Shown: positions 1 to 9,573, numbered from the stretch's first letter. The stretch is DNA of 64,000 nucleotides from Dehalococcoidia bacterium UBA2247 (GCA_002347295.1 DDXZ01000005.1:27537-91536); one strand, 5' to 3'. The notes: generated from the sequence alone by a model not told the origin. Program-made: numbers and translations.

Positions 1-2321
1 CCTGCACCCTGTACGGTGACGTTGTTGTAGGTTTGACTTGCTCCAGCAAAGGTCTGTGCACTTGCATTAGAACCAGTATAAACAATAGTAGAGGTTTCTG
101 CATTAAAAGTTAGATTAGTTGCGTTAAGTTGCCACTTACTAGCGACAATATCACCATTATGTGTTAACGTAACAGTGCCAGAGCCTAAAGATAATGTTCT
201 GGTGGTAGTATAATCTGTAACAAAGAATCCACAAGTTAAGTCATTATCATTTAAATCTAATCCGCCAATAGCTAGTCTTACTTCTCTCCCTGTTTGAATA
301 CAACCATCACTAAGAGACAATGTTCCAGTAGGATTGTAAATATATAATCCGTTGAGGTCTTTACCGTTAGATGTTAAAGTATAATTACCTCTACCTCGCA
401 TATTGAGTGTTTTTGCGGAATGTGTCCATGTCATTCCAGATGCTACAGTTAAACTACCAAACACATTAATTGTATTACTCAGTGTTACCGTAGGTATTCC
501 CGTAAAGGTAATAGACTTCCCTATTCGTGGCATATCCACTGTTACTGTATGAGAGCATGAAACATCATCTTGAGGTAAAGGTACTCTGTCAGTCCCGACA
601 CCATCTTGCCATGTGGCTAGAGTTGACCAGTTACCAGTAGCATTGGAGATTTGAGCTGCTGCTGTGGTAAAGGTGATATTGGTATTCCCTTGACAATCTC
701 CTGAACCACCTGTGATAGCGGATAAATCCACCGCATTGGTAGCTGTAATATCTATAATATCCACGTTCTGTGAGCCAGTCCAGTTAGTGGCGGTTATGAT
801 TGCTGGTGTACCTAAAGTTGAGGACTGTACCAGAAGTCTATTGGTTGAGCTATTGCCTTTCATGGCAAAGGTTGTGCAGGTCAATGTAGTTCCCGATGTC
901 ATGGTTATGGTATCTGTCTTGGTGGCTGTACCATTTCGGGTAAAGACATCTATCCCTGTTGGACTTCCTGATACGGTATGAGCAGTACCATTGAGGTTGA
1001 TGTTGGCACCATTAAAATCCAAATTTCCTGCAGCCAGACTTCTAGTAGTCTTTATATTTATAGCAGCAGTATTCGCTGCAAAGGTAACGTTGGAACCAGT
1101 GTCATATTGAAAATCACCAATATTAAGTGTAGAAGTACCTAAGTTAAGAGTACGCGCATTAGCATAGTTAAGATTTAAGGCACCATCACCAGAAGTTAAT
1201 GTTAAGTTATGATTGTTGGTAGTAAATGTTCCTGTGGTCATAGAAAATCTACCAACTGATAAATCATCGCCTAACTGGAAAGTTTTATTATATTGCATTA
1301 TTAAATTATTTGTACTTATTATTTTTCCCGCACTAATAAATGTGCTATTTTCGGCAGGATACCAGTTACCAGTAAACGTGACATTCATGCCTACTATTAA
1401 GGTAACATTTCCGTAAAATGTAATACTTGAAGAACCTGCCAGTGTCGGTGTATTCGTTGCTCCCGCAAAGCTTAGAGAGAGACAGGAAGCGGCGGCATCT
1501 ACGCTCAATATGGCATTCGCCCCAGCTACCGATGCGGCATCTACATAAACCTCATCTGCATTAGTTGGTACTGATGCTCCAGTAGCACCACCGGAAGCAG
1601 CACTCCATGTTCCTGTGCTTGACCAATTAGATGTTGTAGCAGCGGGTAATATCGCATACCGGGGCGGGTCATATTCCGGTAAACTTAAATCTACATTCGG
1701 TCTGATTAACCGCTCTAATTCCAGAGCATCCAGTACGGCTTGCTGTTCAGGAGTTATTTCTATAGGTATTTCTTTTGTTTCAGTAACAACACTGTCTTTT
1801 TCATCTAATACAACATTACCTGATTCATCTAGTACAGGTACTTCTTTAACAGTTACCAGCTCCGGTATGGGTAAAAACTTCTGCTTTAATTTATCGCCCA
1901 TCCAGAAGCCGGTGTATCTATCCTCAAATTGCAGTACGGATAATATCTCAGTAGGGTAGGGAGTGCTGGCAGTAGCAGGGTATGATTTCAGGATTGTAGC
2001 AGCTTGTTCCGCTGTAATAACATTGAGTTTAGTCCCGCCTTGTTCGCCTGATGGCTTACTGGCAGCCGGTAAGGTGAAGATACAACGACCATTATTATCA
2101 TCAAAAAGCAGTATATTTAGCCCAGTTTGCGGGGCGTGTGTAAATGTACCATACCATCCATCAGAATATTTTATGGATACCGGGAACCATGTCTCGTAAT
2201 ATTGCACATCGGCTGCATGAGCCATCGGTACAACAAACCCAAATAATGAGAAACAGATGGCCAGAGCCAGTAATACTCTGATAGCCAGGGGGATTAAATT
2301 ACTTTTATACATCCCATTCAT
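1..2321 (-). CDS. Large secreted repeat protein, N-terminal part only (C-terminus beyond the window edge). It has a signal peptide (MNGMYKSNLIPLAIRVLLALAICFSLFGFVVPMAHA|AD) followed by T/N/G/S-rich repeats with a parallel-beta-helix/adhesin flavour.
   Basis: Hand translation of the minus strand from the ATG at 2321 (second ATG at 2312) stays open to position 1. A GGGAGG RBS sits at 2326-2331. The ORF is absent from the ORF track only because no stop codon lies inside the window. All + strand ORFs here are short and overlap it. Confidence 0.7.
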   Translation of the reverse strand, partial: MNGMYKSNLIPLAIRVLLALAICFSLFGFVVPMAHAADVQYYETWFPVSIKYSDGWYGTFTHAPQTGLNILLFDDNNGRCIFTLPAASKPSGEQGGTKLNVITAEQAATILKSYPATASTPYPTEILSVLQFEDRYTGFWMGDKLKQKFLPIPELVTVKEVPVLDESGNVVLDEKDSVVTETKEIPIEITPEQQAVLDALELERLIRPNVDLSLPEYDPPRYAILPAATTSNWSSTGTWSAASGGATGASVPTNADEVYVDAASVAGANAILSVDAAASCLSLSFAGATNTPTLAGSSSITFYGNVTLIVGMNVTFTGNWYPAENSTFISAGKIISTNNLIMQYNKTFQLGDDLSVGRFSMTTGTFTTNNHNLTLTSGDGALNLNYANARTLNLGTSTLNIGDFQYDTGSNVTFAANTAAINIKTTRSLAAGNLDFNGANINLNGTAHTVSGSPTGIDVFTRNGTATKTDTITMTSGTTLTCTTFAMKGNSSTNRLLVQSSTLGTPAIITATNWTGSQNVDIIDITATNAVDLSAITGGSGDCQGNTNITFTTAAAQISNATGNWSTLATWQDGVGTDRVPLPQDDVSCSHTVTVDMPRIGKSITFTGIPTVTLSNTINVFGSLTVASGMTWTHSAKTLNMRGRGNYTLTSNGKDLNGLYIYNPTGTLSLSDGCIQTGREVRLAIGGLDLNDNDLTCGFFVTDYTTTRTLSLGSGTVTLTHNGDIVASKWQLNATNLTFNAETSTIVYTGSNASAQTFAGASQTYNNVTVQGA

Positions 2322-2330
2322 ACTACCTCC

Positions 2331-2531
2331 CTATCTTATCCTCCACACCGCTTTACCAAAGAGATATAGCGCTATTCCTAAGACCGCTATTCCTAAGGTT
2401 AAATTTGTTTCGACCAAAGGATAACCAACAAAGGCGACCACAAAGGCGCCTACAAAATATAAAGTACGGTCTCTGCTCCAGATAGCCAAGGCGCTGATTC
2501 CTATAACTAAAATTGCTTCTGCCTCTGTCAT
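2331..2531 (-). CDS. Small two-TM membrane protein (66 aa) translationally coupled to the upstream ATPase.
   Basis: Two hydrophobic helices; 4-nt overlap with the Zot-like gene; same operon orientation. Confidence 0.55.
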   Translation of the reverse strand: MTEAEAILVIGISALAIWSRDRTLYFVGAFVVAFVGYPLVETNLTLGIAVLGIALYLFGKAVWRIR

Positions 2532-3376
2532 TTATTTAAATCCTTCATAACCTGCATAATACCTTTAACCGGCATATTGGCATCGGCCATCCGCTGCGCT
2601 ATCTGTTGTTTCTGTTCGATGGTTAATCCTGAGGCAGGATTGCTAACTACCGGTACCTGGGCATTTCCTAAACCTACATCAGGGGTGCCGGTATCCTGAC
2701 CAATAACATTAAAACTATTATTAGCGTCAACGGTTAATTTCCGTTTTTTCAGCTCTACCGATACCATTCCTTCTCTCGGATCTACTACGCCGTAAGTGTC
2801 ATAACATTCCCATATAGGAGTAATATTGGCAGAGCTCATGGACCATAAAGAACCAGGGACTCCTGTCTGAAATCCCTTCATATCATAAACACTGAGGTTA
2901 ATCTGATGGCCCCGGGGGATATGATTCTCTTTACCCCATTGTGTGAAGTAAACATCCCAGCAATCAAAAACATAATGCGTCATCCAGCGTAAGCGGGGAT
3001 TGAGAAAATCAAAGTTCTGGATAGTTCCCAGCATACCCAGGTTACGCTTACGGCGCTGTCCCGCTATCCAGTACAGGATGCGGGATAATACGGTATTCCA
3101 GCTCTCACTACCGGCAAAATTTTGCAGCTCGTCTATATCAATGAGGGTATCTTTTAACTCATCACCCATTTTGATAAACTCATCTATTTGTATCGGCTCC
3201 GAACGGACTTCAAGGTAGCTGACAGTGTGCCCGCCCTGGCGTTTGGGAATTTTTGCATGACATTCATACCCGGGGAATGTTCGTACTTTCCCCCCCATAT
3301 ACATATGCAAGCAGGATAAGACTGTCATCATAGCAGTCTTACCACCACCCTCTGGCGCCTGAAATATTGATATCAT
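2528..3376 (-). CDS. Zot/pI-like P-loop NTPase (filamentous-phage assembly ATPase family).
   Basis: N-terminus MISIFQAPEGGGKTAMM closely mirrors the Zot N-terminus (MSIFIHHGAPGSYKT: SIF...APxGxxKT Walker A). A Walker B-like TLIDIDELQ follows (Zot FLFIDECG). The gene sits in an operon of small membrane proteins. Confidence 0.6.
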   Translation of the reverse strand: MISIFQAPEGGGKTAMMTVLSCLHMYMGGKVRTFPGYECHAKIPKRQGGHTVSYLEVRSEPIQIDEFIKMGDELKDTLIDIDELQNFAGSESWNTVLSRILYWIAGQRRKRNLGMLGTIQNFDFLNPRLRWMTHYVFDCWDVYFTQWGKENHIPRGHQINLSVYDMKGFQTGVPGSLWSMSSANITPIWECYDTYGVVDPREGMVSVELKKRKLTVDANNSFNVIGQDTGTPDVGLGNAQVPVVSNPASGLTIEQKQQIAQRMADANMPVKGIMQVMKDLNK

Positions 3377-3795
3377 TGTGCCTTTTCCTCAACCTTAGGA
3401 TTAATAGTGCGCCGGCTGGGGATAGCAGAGGGAACCATAATACCGGTGCCTCCCATCAGCCCCTGCCATCTATTTATACCGCCAATAGCCGGCTTCCCAT
3501 CGAGTAACAGCTCTAATTCCGTAAGCCCATCCTCATCACCAAATTCCACACAACGAGCTAAAAAGGAAATCGCAGCATTTAATTCCTGGCGGTTATCAAA
3601 TATTGTATGTGCTATGGCATCCCGGATATCTTTGGCATGGTGCATGAATTCTTTTGCCAGGTTAGCGTTGCCTTCCATCGGGCGGAACATATTATTAAAA
3701 ACGTTCTGGTCCAGTACCCCCGCCTTACTTTTATTGGCAAAGATATTATTAGAGCTGTTTTTTTGTCCGTGAAATCTATTATATAATCCAGACAT
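3373..3795 (-). CDS. Hypothetical soluble protein (140 aa) in the virus-like operon.
   Basis: ORF overlaps downstream gene by 4 nt (ATGA); no recognisable motif. Confidence 0.5.
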   Translation of the reverse strand: MSGLYNRFHGQKNSSNNIFANKSKAGVLDQNVFNNMFRPMEGNANLAKEFMHHAKDIRDAIAHTIFDNRQELNAAISFLARCVEFGDEDGLTELELLLDGKPAIGGINRWQGLMGGTGIMVPSAIPSRRTINPKVEEKAQ

Positions 3796-4836
3796 TTATA
3801 CCCCTTTTATATTGCTGAATATCAAATACAGGAAAAATAACAATATGCCGACAAGCCCCACCATTAACCCTAATTTAATTTTCTGGAGCCTATCGCTATT
3901 GAGATTAAAGAGAATAGCAATCTCCCGGCATCTTAAAGCGCGGTATAATTTCTCCGGGCTAATAAGCAGCGGGATTTTTTTAGCATCTTTTAGTTCCTTA
4001 CTTTTAGCGGGCTTAATCTCATCATCAAAATTAGTAATATAAGGATCGTACGGCCGGTATTCCATTTCACCATTTTTATTTTTGATATGCTTTACCAGGT
4101 AAACCCATCTATTTTTATATCTCCAGAGAGAGCCCATAGCACTTTCTAAATTGCCTTCATGCCAGCCGGAATACGGGTCGAGAATAACTGCGGGATATTT
4201 ATTCTCCTGAGGTTTATCTGTCCTACTCTTCCGGAAGATATTTTTCAGTGAGCTCAGTAAGTTAACAAAACTATTCTGATTTTTGTTCTTATTATTACCG
4301 GGCGGGGGTGCTTCTTTTTTTTCGGCTTTCTTTTTTTCTTCTACCGCGACCGCCATCATAATAAAGGCAGGATTTAACATACTAAAATCCAGTTTTTCTA
4401 CCTTTAATTTTCCTGCCTGTATCAATCCCGCTACAGTTAGTAAGCAGATGGTAACACCAAGAACAAGAACCAGAATGGTAATATAATCATGGAATTTTTC
4501 TCTTTTTGCGTTTTTAGCATTTTCCGCCTGGGCTTTTTCCCGGGCTTCTACGGCAATAGCCTGTATAGGCTTTACCTGGCGCGGTATTTTGCCATCCAGC
4601 GCGAGGGGAGTGGAATCATACTCATCTATGATTTGATAAACACGATTTGTGCCACGTTTCGGGATAAGTGTATGCGGAGTCTGCCCCCATGCCCTCATCT
4701 CTTTCTCGTTGATTAAGGAATCCTTCATAATACTCTGGTTGATATCGAGAATTTGATGATCTCTGGTAAGTAGTAAACATTTTTGTTTTTTTAATTGTCC
4801 CATACTTTCCTTTCCGCATAGGGGCAGATACCCCAC
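3796..4836 (-). CDS. Membrane protein with a central and a C-terminal TM helix and a Lys/Glu-rich linker (possible minor coat or adsorption protein). The true start may be the internal MGQLKK (~4806), which has an AAAGGAAAG RBS.
   Basis: ORF; hydrophobic segments ITILVLVLGVTICLLTVAGLI and GLMVGLVGILLFFLYLIF; abuts next gene. Confidence 0.5.
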   Translation of the reverse strand: MGYLPLCGKESMGQLKKQKCLLLTRDHQILDINQSIMKDSLINEKEMRAWGQTPHTLIPKRGTNRVYQIIDEYDSTPLALDGKIPRQVKPIQAIAVEAREKAQAENAKNAKREKFHDYITILVLVLGVTICLLTVAGLIQAGKLKVEKLDFSMLNPAFIMMAVAVEEKKKAEKKEAPPPGNNKNKNQNSFVNLLSSLKNIFRKSRTDKPQENKYPAVILDPYSGWHEGNLESAMGSLWRYKNRWVYLVKHIKNKNGEMEYRPYDPYITNFDDEIKPAKSKELKDAKKIPLLISPEKLYRALRCREIAILFNLNSDRLQKIKLGLMVGLVGILLFFLYLIFSNIKGV

Positions 4837-4845
4837 AATTAACTT

Positions 4846-5322
4846 TTAGAATCCGCCTTTGCCGGGTTTTCCCAGTCCGGTCCAGCTCAGTAATCCACCG
4901 CCAAAAAGGCTGGAAACAAAGAGGACCAGAGGAGCAATGGCTCCCACGGAAGCTAATCCGGTGTAATCGGCAATATGGGCATCAGTAATAATGGTGTAGG
5001 CTGATGCTAATATTGTGGGAAAGAGAAGTAGCATAATAACTATGGCAATCAGGCCGCCTACTATCATTATGATGTTTTTCATACCGAGGTCTTTTCCGCT
5101 GCCTTTAGCGCCCTGGAAGACCATCAAGCCTCCGCCAAAAATCATAGAGACAAAGATAATCAGGGGAGCGATAGCGGCCACAGAACTCATGCCGGTAAAC
5201 GAGGCAATGTGAGCATACGTTAAAATGCTCTGTGTGGCAGTAAGCACCATCGGATAGATAACAAAGGCGATTACGATGGCGATTACTCCACCAACTATCC
5301 TGAGTATGCGCTGCATATTCAT
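4846..5322 (-). CDS. Four-TM membrane protein built from an internal tandem duplication (two TM-A/TM-B units). Each TM-B carries a P-L-[IV]-[IL]-F-V-x-x-[IL]-F-G-G-G-L motif.
   Basis: Repeat units VAAIAPLIIFVSMIFGGGLMVF and VGAIAPLVLFVSSLFGGGLLSW; RBS AAGGAAA upstream. Confidence 0.6.
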   Translation of the reverse strand: MNMQRILRIVGGVIAIVIAFVIYPMVLTATQSILTYAHIASFTGMSSVAAIAPLIIFVSMIFGGGLMVFQGAKGSGKDLGMKNIIMIVGGLIAIVIMLLLFPTILASAYTIITDAHIADYTGLASVGAIAPLVLFVSSLFGGGLLSWTGLGKPGKGGF

Positions 5323-5382
5323 TTTTATTTTCCTTTCTTTATATTTTTTCGACTACGTTTTAATTAACTACGTTTTAATTAT

Positions 5383-5838
5383 TTATCTACGCCCGCGGGC
5401 TGCATCAAAGATGGCAAGACCACCGCCGAAGATGAGCATGACGAAGATGATTAACGGAGACATTCCCACAATACTACCCAGGCCGGTAAAGTCAGTAGTA
5501 GCATCGTAATCATAGACCGCTGTTAATGTCCGGGTATCACTGGCATTGAGACCGGTTACATTCAGTGTATTAGTCGCTGGCGTATAAGTATTAGATACCG
5601 GGGTATCCAGTACATTATCCGAGGTCACGGTTACACGACCGGCATCATCCTGCCAGGCATCCTCAGTCAGTACTACGTCGGCATCTGTCACACCGACACC
5701 GGTTACTACCGCTGCAAAAGCATCTGTCTGCGGATCCGTCTGGACATCATGCGTGGAATCAGTGATTAGCGGGAACATAATGAAGGCAATCATAATCATG
5801 ATTACTCCAACCACTACTTCCGTCACTTTTTTACCCAT
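5383..5838 (-). CDS. Two-TM membrane protein paralogous to the 4846..5322 product (same C-terminal PLIIFVMLIFGGGL motif). It carries an ~85-aa T/D-rich, probably surface-exposed insert.
   Basis: ORF with AGGGAGG RBS; N-terminal TM VVVGVIMIMIAFIMFPLI and C-terminal TM IVGMSPLIIFVMLIFGGGLAIF. Confidence 0.6.
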   Translation of the reverse strand: MGKKVTEVVVGVIMIMIAFIMFPLITDSTHDVQTDPQTDAFAAVVTGVGVTDADVVLTEDAWQDDAGRVTVTSDNVLDTPVSNTYTPATNTLNVTGLNASDTRTLTAVYDYDATTDFTGLGSIVGMSPLIIFVMLIFGGGLAIFDAARGRR

Positions 5839-5903
5839 TTTCCTGTGTCCTCCCTTCTTTAAATCTAGCAGCCACTTTCATTGTAAAACATGACATATTA
5901 ATA

Positions 5904-5943
5904 TTTAGTAACATATTTGATACTAAATACAGTATGCTATAAT
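5904..5943 (+). promoter_or_regulatory. Divergent control region. A perfect inverted repeat TTTAGTA-N10-TACTAAA (candidate operator) overlaps a TTGATA-N16-(TG)cTATAAT promoter that drives the HTH gene.
   Basis: Read directly from the sequence at 5904-5927 (palindrome) and 5916-5943 (-35 and extended -10). The region lies between the divergent leftward membrane-protein operon and the rightward regulator gene. Confidence 0.45.
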
Positions 5944-5973
5944 ATAATATATACTATAGGTAGTGGAGGTGGC

Positions 5974-6243
5974 ATGAAGAGTAAACGGGATATAGTATTC
6001 TTAACTACTAAAGAGGCAGTATTAAAACCTTTTGAGTTTCAGCAAGCCTGCGATTATCTTATTAAGAATGGGTTAAAGCCTGCTACCATTTGCCGTTCGC
6101 TGGGTATATCACGCATGAATTTATACCGTTACCGCACAGGTCAGTTAATACCTAATTGGGTAGTAGGGGACACAATCGTACAATGTGCCAAAAAAATGCA
6201 GGCGGGGGAACTTGCTTTCCAATATCTACAAAGGAGAGATTGA
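5974..6243 (+). CDS. Small HTH DNA-binding protein (excisionase/regulator-like). The real start is probably the ATG at 5974 (MKSKRD...) behind GGAGGTGG, not the 5917 ATG given in the ORF track.
   Basis: Helix-turn-helix-like segment ATICRSLGISRMNLYRYRTGQ; RBS 5965-5972. Confidence 0.55.
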   Translation: MKSKRDIVFLTTKEAVLKPFEFQQACDYLIKNGLKPATICRSLGISRMNLYRYRTGQLIPNWVVGDTIVQCAKKMQAGELAFQYLQRRD

Positions 6244-6579
6244 ATGTCATTACCAGAGAACACAGAACAATATATTAATACTGCTCAAAATGAAGCTGAG
6301 CGCTCCGATAGAATTAAGGAAATAGCGGAACGGCAGGAACAGGCATTTAATACCTGGGAACTTCCTAATAAAATAGATATCGATTCGTCTTTTAAAGAAC
6401 TAAATCCTTTAATATCCATTTTGGCCAATAATATGATGCAATGGATTCCCGGGCTGCCTGATTTTATGAAAAAAGCAGCGGTTAACAATACCAAAGAGAT
6501 AATATACCTCGGGTTTAAATTAGGTTATTTTATGGGGAGAAATTATGAGGAAATTCCTGCGGTATTTAAGGATATTTAG
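6244..6579 (+). CDS. Hypothetical protein (111 aa)
   Basis: ORF follows the regulator gene directly; no motif recognised. Confidence 0.4.
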   Translation: MSLPENTEQYINTAQNEAERSDRIKEIAERQEQAFNTWELPNKIDIDSSFKELNPLISILANNMMQWIPGLPDFMKKAAVNNTKEIIYLGFKLGYFMGRNYEEIPAVFKDI

Positions 6580-7771
6580 TGTTCTCCTGTTATTAATAGT
6601 ATTATTCCCATTACCGGCGCTAGCTGTAGCTGCTCCAGACCTGATGGAAATACAGGATGTGGAGGTATTCCGTCATTTATTAGAGGATGATGACTACCTG
6701 GTAATTATTACCTATAATATTGAATATACGGTATTACCCAGTGAGACCGCAGACAACCTATTTATCATCCGCTTAATGGATGGCGTTACTGAATTAGGAT
6801 CTAATATGCCATATCCTTACATCAATTATGGTTACGGCATAGGATGTATGTCATTATACTGGGATGCGGCCACAGCGCCCACCTGGGGGACATTGTATGA
6901 TGTTAGATTAGAGGGCAATCCTCTCATGTTTGCACCGCCGCTGGCTCCCATCATATATACACTACAAGCCGGGGACTTTGTGGCCAGTACAGATCCTGAT
7001 GTGCAAAAAACTTTTTTGGCCAGTAGAATCAGAAGCATTGCCGATGATATGCAAACGTTATTCGGTGCCGGTTATGAAATGCTGGATAGTACTGATAGCG
7101 GAACTTACCTTAGCGCCCTGGGGGAATATTATTTTTATGGAGCGGTCCCGGGTATTCAGGTAATGTGTCCGGAATTATTCATATTACAGAAAACTACACC
7201 GGAATGGGAGGACCGCGACTGGGGAGACCCCCAGGTAGATGTATTCCCTGTTACCACCGGGATAGCAGAAACATCCGCTACAGTCACGTTAACGTATAAA
7301 AATTATCCCGGTAATACTAATGGAATTACCGTTACCAGTAGCGAACCGGCGGATATCCCGGTAGTGAGTACCTATAATGATGATCAGAAAACAGTATTAA
7401 TTACCGGACTGGATAATAACAATACCCGCAACCTCACCGTGAGCTACCGCTATAATGCCAAAGCCGATGAGTTCGAGTCACGCTGGGACCATACTATAGT
7501 ATCCGATGCTTTTAGCGGACTAGCGGAATTAATGGGCGGCATTGCAAAAATGACCGCTTCCAGCCTACTCATTATCGCCCTGGCCCTGGTGCCGTTTATG
7601 ATCTGTTATAAGAAATTCAAGCAGACAGATGCCGGCTTAGCTATGATGGACCCTGTAGTATTAGGCGGCTGGCAGGCGGGATTATTTGCCAGCTCTTACC
7701 TCGGATTACTCTGTATTGTGTCTGTATTTATCCTGGGCTATTACTTCTTTTATAGAGGAACTAACGGATGA
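6545..7771 (+). CDS. Secreted protein with an N-terminal signal peptide and C-terminal multi-TM anchor (408 aa)
   Basis: Signal peptide MRKFLRYLRIFSVLLLLIVLFPLPALAVAAP; C-terminal hydrophobic segments; 4-nt overlap with next gene. Confidence 0.55.
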   Translation: MRKFLRYLRIFSVLLLLIVLFPLPALAVAAPDLMEIQDVEVFRHLLEDDDYLVIITYNIEYTVLPSETADNLFIIRLMDGVTELGSNMPYPYINYGYGIGCMSLYWDAATAPTWGTLYDVRLEGNPLMFAPPLAPIIYTLQAGDFVASTDPDVQKTFLASRIRSIADDMQTLFGAGYEMLDSTDSGTYLSALGEYYFYGAVPGIQVMCPELFILQKTTPEWEDRDWGDPQVDVFPVTTGIAETSATVTLTYKNYPGNTNGITVTSSEPADIPVVSTYNDDQKTVLITGLDNNNTRNLTVSYRYNAKADEFESRWDHTIVSDAFSGLAELMGGIAKMTASSLLIIALALVPFMICYKKFKQTDAGLAMMDPVVLGGWQAGLFASSYLGLLCIVSVFILGYYFFYRGTNG

Positions 7772-9516
7772 GATTATTACGATTATTATGCCTGGCAATA
7801 CTCATTTTATTACTGGCCCCGGCGGCTCTGGCGGCTACCGCCTATACCGCGGAGATTCAGGTCACGGAAACAGGCCTGGCCGGGTATGTTATGCTGCCGG
7901 TAATAGTGGATTGTAATAACCAGGAGCTGGCCGACAATTATTACATGGATTCTGATGGGCTGGATACGCTGGTTAAATATAATGCCATATCACTACCGCA
8001 TATGGTGGCGGATGACAAATTATTGTTCGCCTCTTTATTACCCACCTCCAATACCAAAACATTTATTTACAGTACCGCTAATACACCGGCATTGAGCGCC
8101 TTTTATATTATTACCGGGTATGATGGTTATTTTACTATTCCTGACAACGCCGCCCTGGAGCCGGGAGCAGATTTTACCTATACTTTAACTGCATACACTG
8201 ATACCACTACGGGAACCAATAAGAGATTGATATTCAAAGACCAGGCGGTTAATTTATCCGTAACCGCGGACCATGAAATCACCGGCCGTGTTTATACTAG
8301 CGCTCCCGCCAGTGAAACAAGTTATACCGCCGGCGCTGATAGTAGCGGTACCGTTAACGGCACTATAGCAGAAGCACAACTATTTACTGTAGGAGGAGCC
8401 GATATTACCCTGGAATCTGTGGAGTTACAATTAGTAGGTAATGCTACGCCCAGCGGAACGATAACCGTATCCATCCGGACCGTAGCCGGGGGATTACCTA
8501 CCGGGAGCGATTTGGTATCCTTTACCTGTAATGCTTCCGATATAAGTAATGCGGGTTGGGCATGGTATGAATTTTCCTTCTTTAATAAAATAACACTGAC
8601 TACCGCGACACAATACGCCATAGTATTAAAAGCATCTGCGTTAGGAGCAGTGACTTACTGGCGCTCTGATGCTACGGCGCCGGCCTATGCCGGCGGGACC
8701 CGTTGTTCTTCAAATAATAATGGCGCCACATGGACTAGTGCTGGAACTGTAGATTATATGTTTACCGTCTATAAACCGGGAACCACGGTGGAAGTAAGTT
8801 ACAACGATGTCACTAATATGGCCAGCGGGGAACATGACATAATACTCGACATCAATGCGGGAAATCTGGAATTAACCATAGATGGCACCCTCCGGGATAA
8901 TGCTGCTATGGGGGGAGGAAGTATCTATGATTCCGCCTATGATTATTACATCGGGTACAATAACTGTTTACCTTATATTGAGTCCTTTGATATCGATATC
9001 AGCGGCGCTCCGGTCGCCGGCTATGCTCCGGTAGATATCATCAGCGGCACTACTTTACCCGATGAGGTAGGTACTTATGATGGCACCATTACCTGGGGCA
9101 GTAATCCGGCGGGGGTATCAGTAGTATTGGAATCTTTACTCCCGGTAGCAGCGGCAGAGGCCGCCGGATATACGTCTTCCACACCCTCTGGACCTATCAG
9201 CGACGCTCCTGATACTCCTGATATGTCCCAGCCGGGCATCGCCACCACACTACCCGGAGCAGATGTTATTAATGAAATGATGGATGCCGGAGACATCCCT
9301 AAGGATTTATTCTGGTTGTTTCTGGCCTTTGGATTAATGATGGCTATAGGCTACGGCGTATATGCTCTGACCCATAGTTTACTGGCGGCGGAAATTGCTA
9401 TTATTATTGTGGGAGTATTCTTTATGCTCAATAATGTGGTAACCTGGCCGGCTATACCTTTAAATATACTCTTTGCCGCCCGCAATGTAGTGATAAAAGA
9501 GCGCTACGGCTTATGA
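7768..9516 (+). CDS. Large secreted Thr-rich protein with a signal peptide and C-terminal TM anchor (582 aa); spike/adhesin-like
   Basis: Signal peptide MRLLRLLCLAILILLLAPAALAATA; T/S/G-rich ectodomain; C-terminal TM helices. Confidence 0.55.
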   Translation: MRLLRLLCLAILILLLAPAALAATAYTAEIQVTETGLAGYVMLPVIVDCNNQELADNYYMDSDGLDTLVKYNAISLPHMVADDKLLFASLLPTSNTKTFIYSTANTPALSAFYIITGYDGYFTIPDNAALEPGADFTYTLTAYTDTTTGTNKRLIFKDQAVNLSVTADHEITGRVYTSAPASETSYTAGADSSGTVNGTIAEAQLFTVGGADITLESVELQLVGNATPSGTITVSIRTVAGGLPTGSDLVSFTCNASDISNAGWAWYEFSFFNKITLTTATQYAIVLKASALGAVTYWRSDATAPAYAGGTRCSSNNNGATWTSAGTVDYMFTVYKPGTTVEVSYNDVTNMASGEHDIILDINAGNLELTIDGTLRDNAAMGGGSIYDSAYDYYIGYNNCLPYIESFDIDISGAPVAGYAPVDIISGTTLPDEVGTYDGTITWGSNPAGVSVVLESLLPVAAAEAAGYTSSTPSGPISDAPDTPDMSQPGIATTLPGADVINEMMDAGDIPKDLFWLFLAFGLMMAIGYGVYALTHSLLAAEIAIIIVGVFFMLNNVVTWPAIPLNILFAARNVVIKERYGL

Positions 9517-9573
9517 TGTTTACTACCTTTTCTTAACCGGATAACGCTATCCCTGGCAATCCGGCATAATGGA

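Noticed and set aside
712-2199. Short + strand ORFs (89, 67, 114, 78 aa) in the first 2.3 kb
   Set aside because: They are fully contained in, and antisense to, the long uninterrupted minus-strand secreted-protein ORF (1..2321). They have no RBS or protein-like composition.
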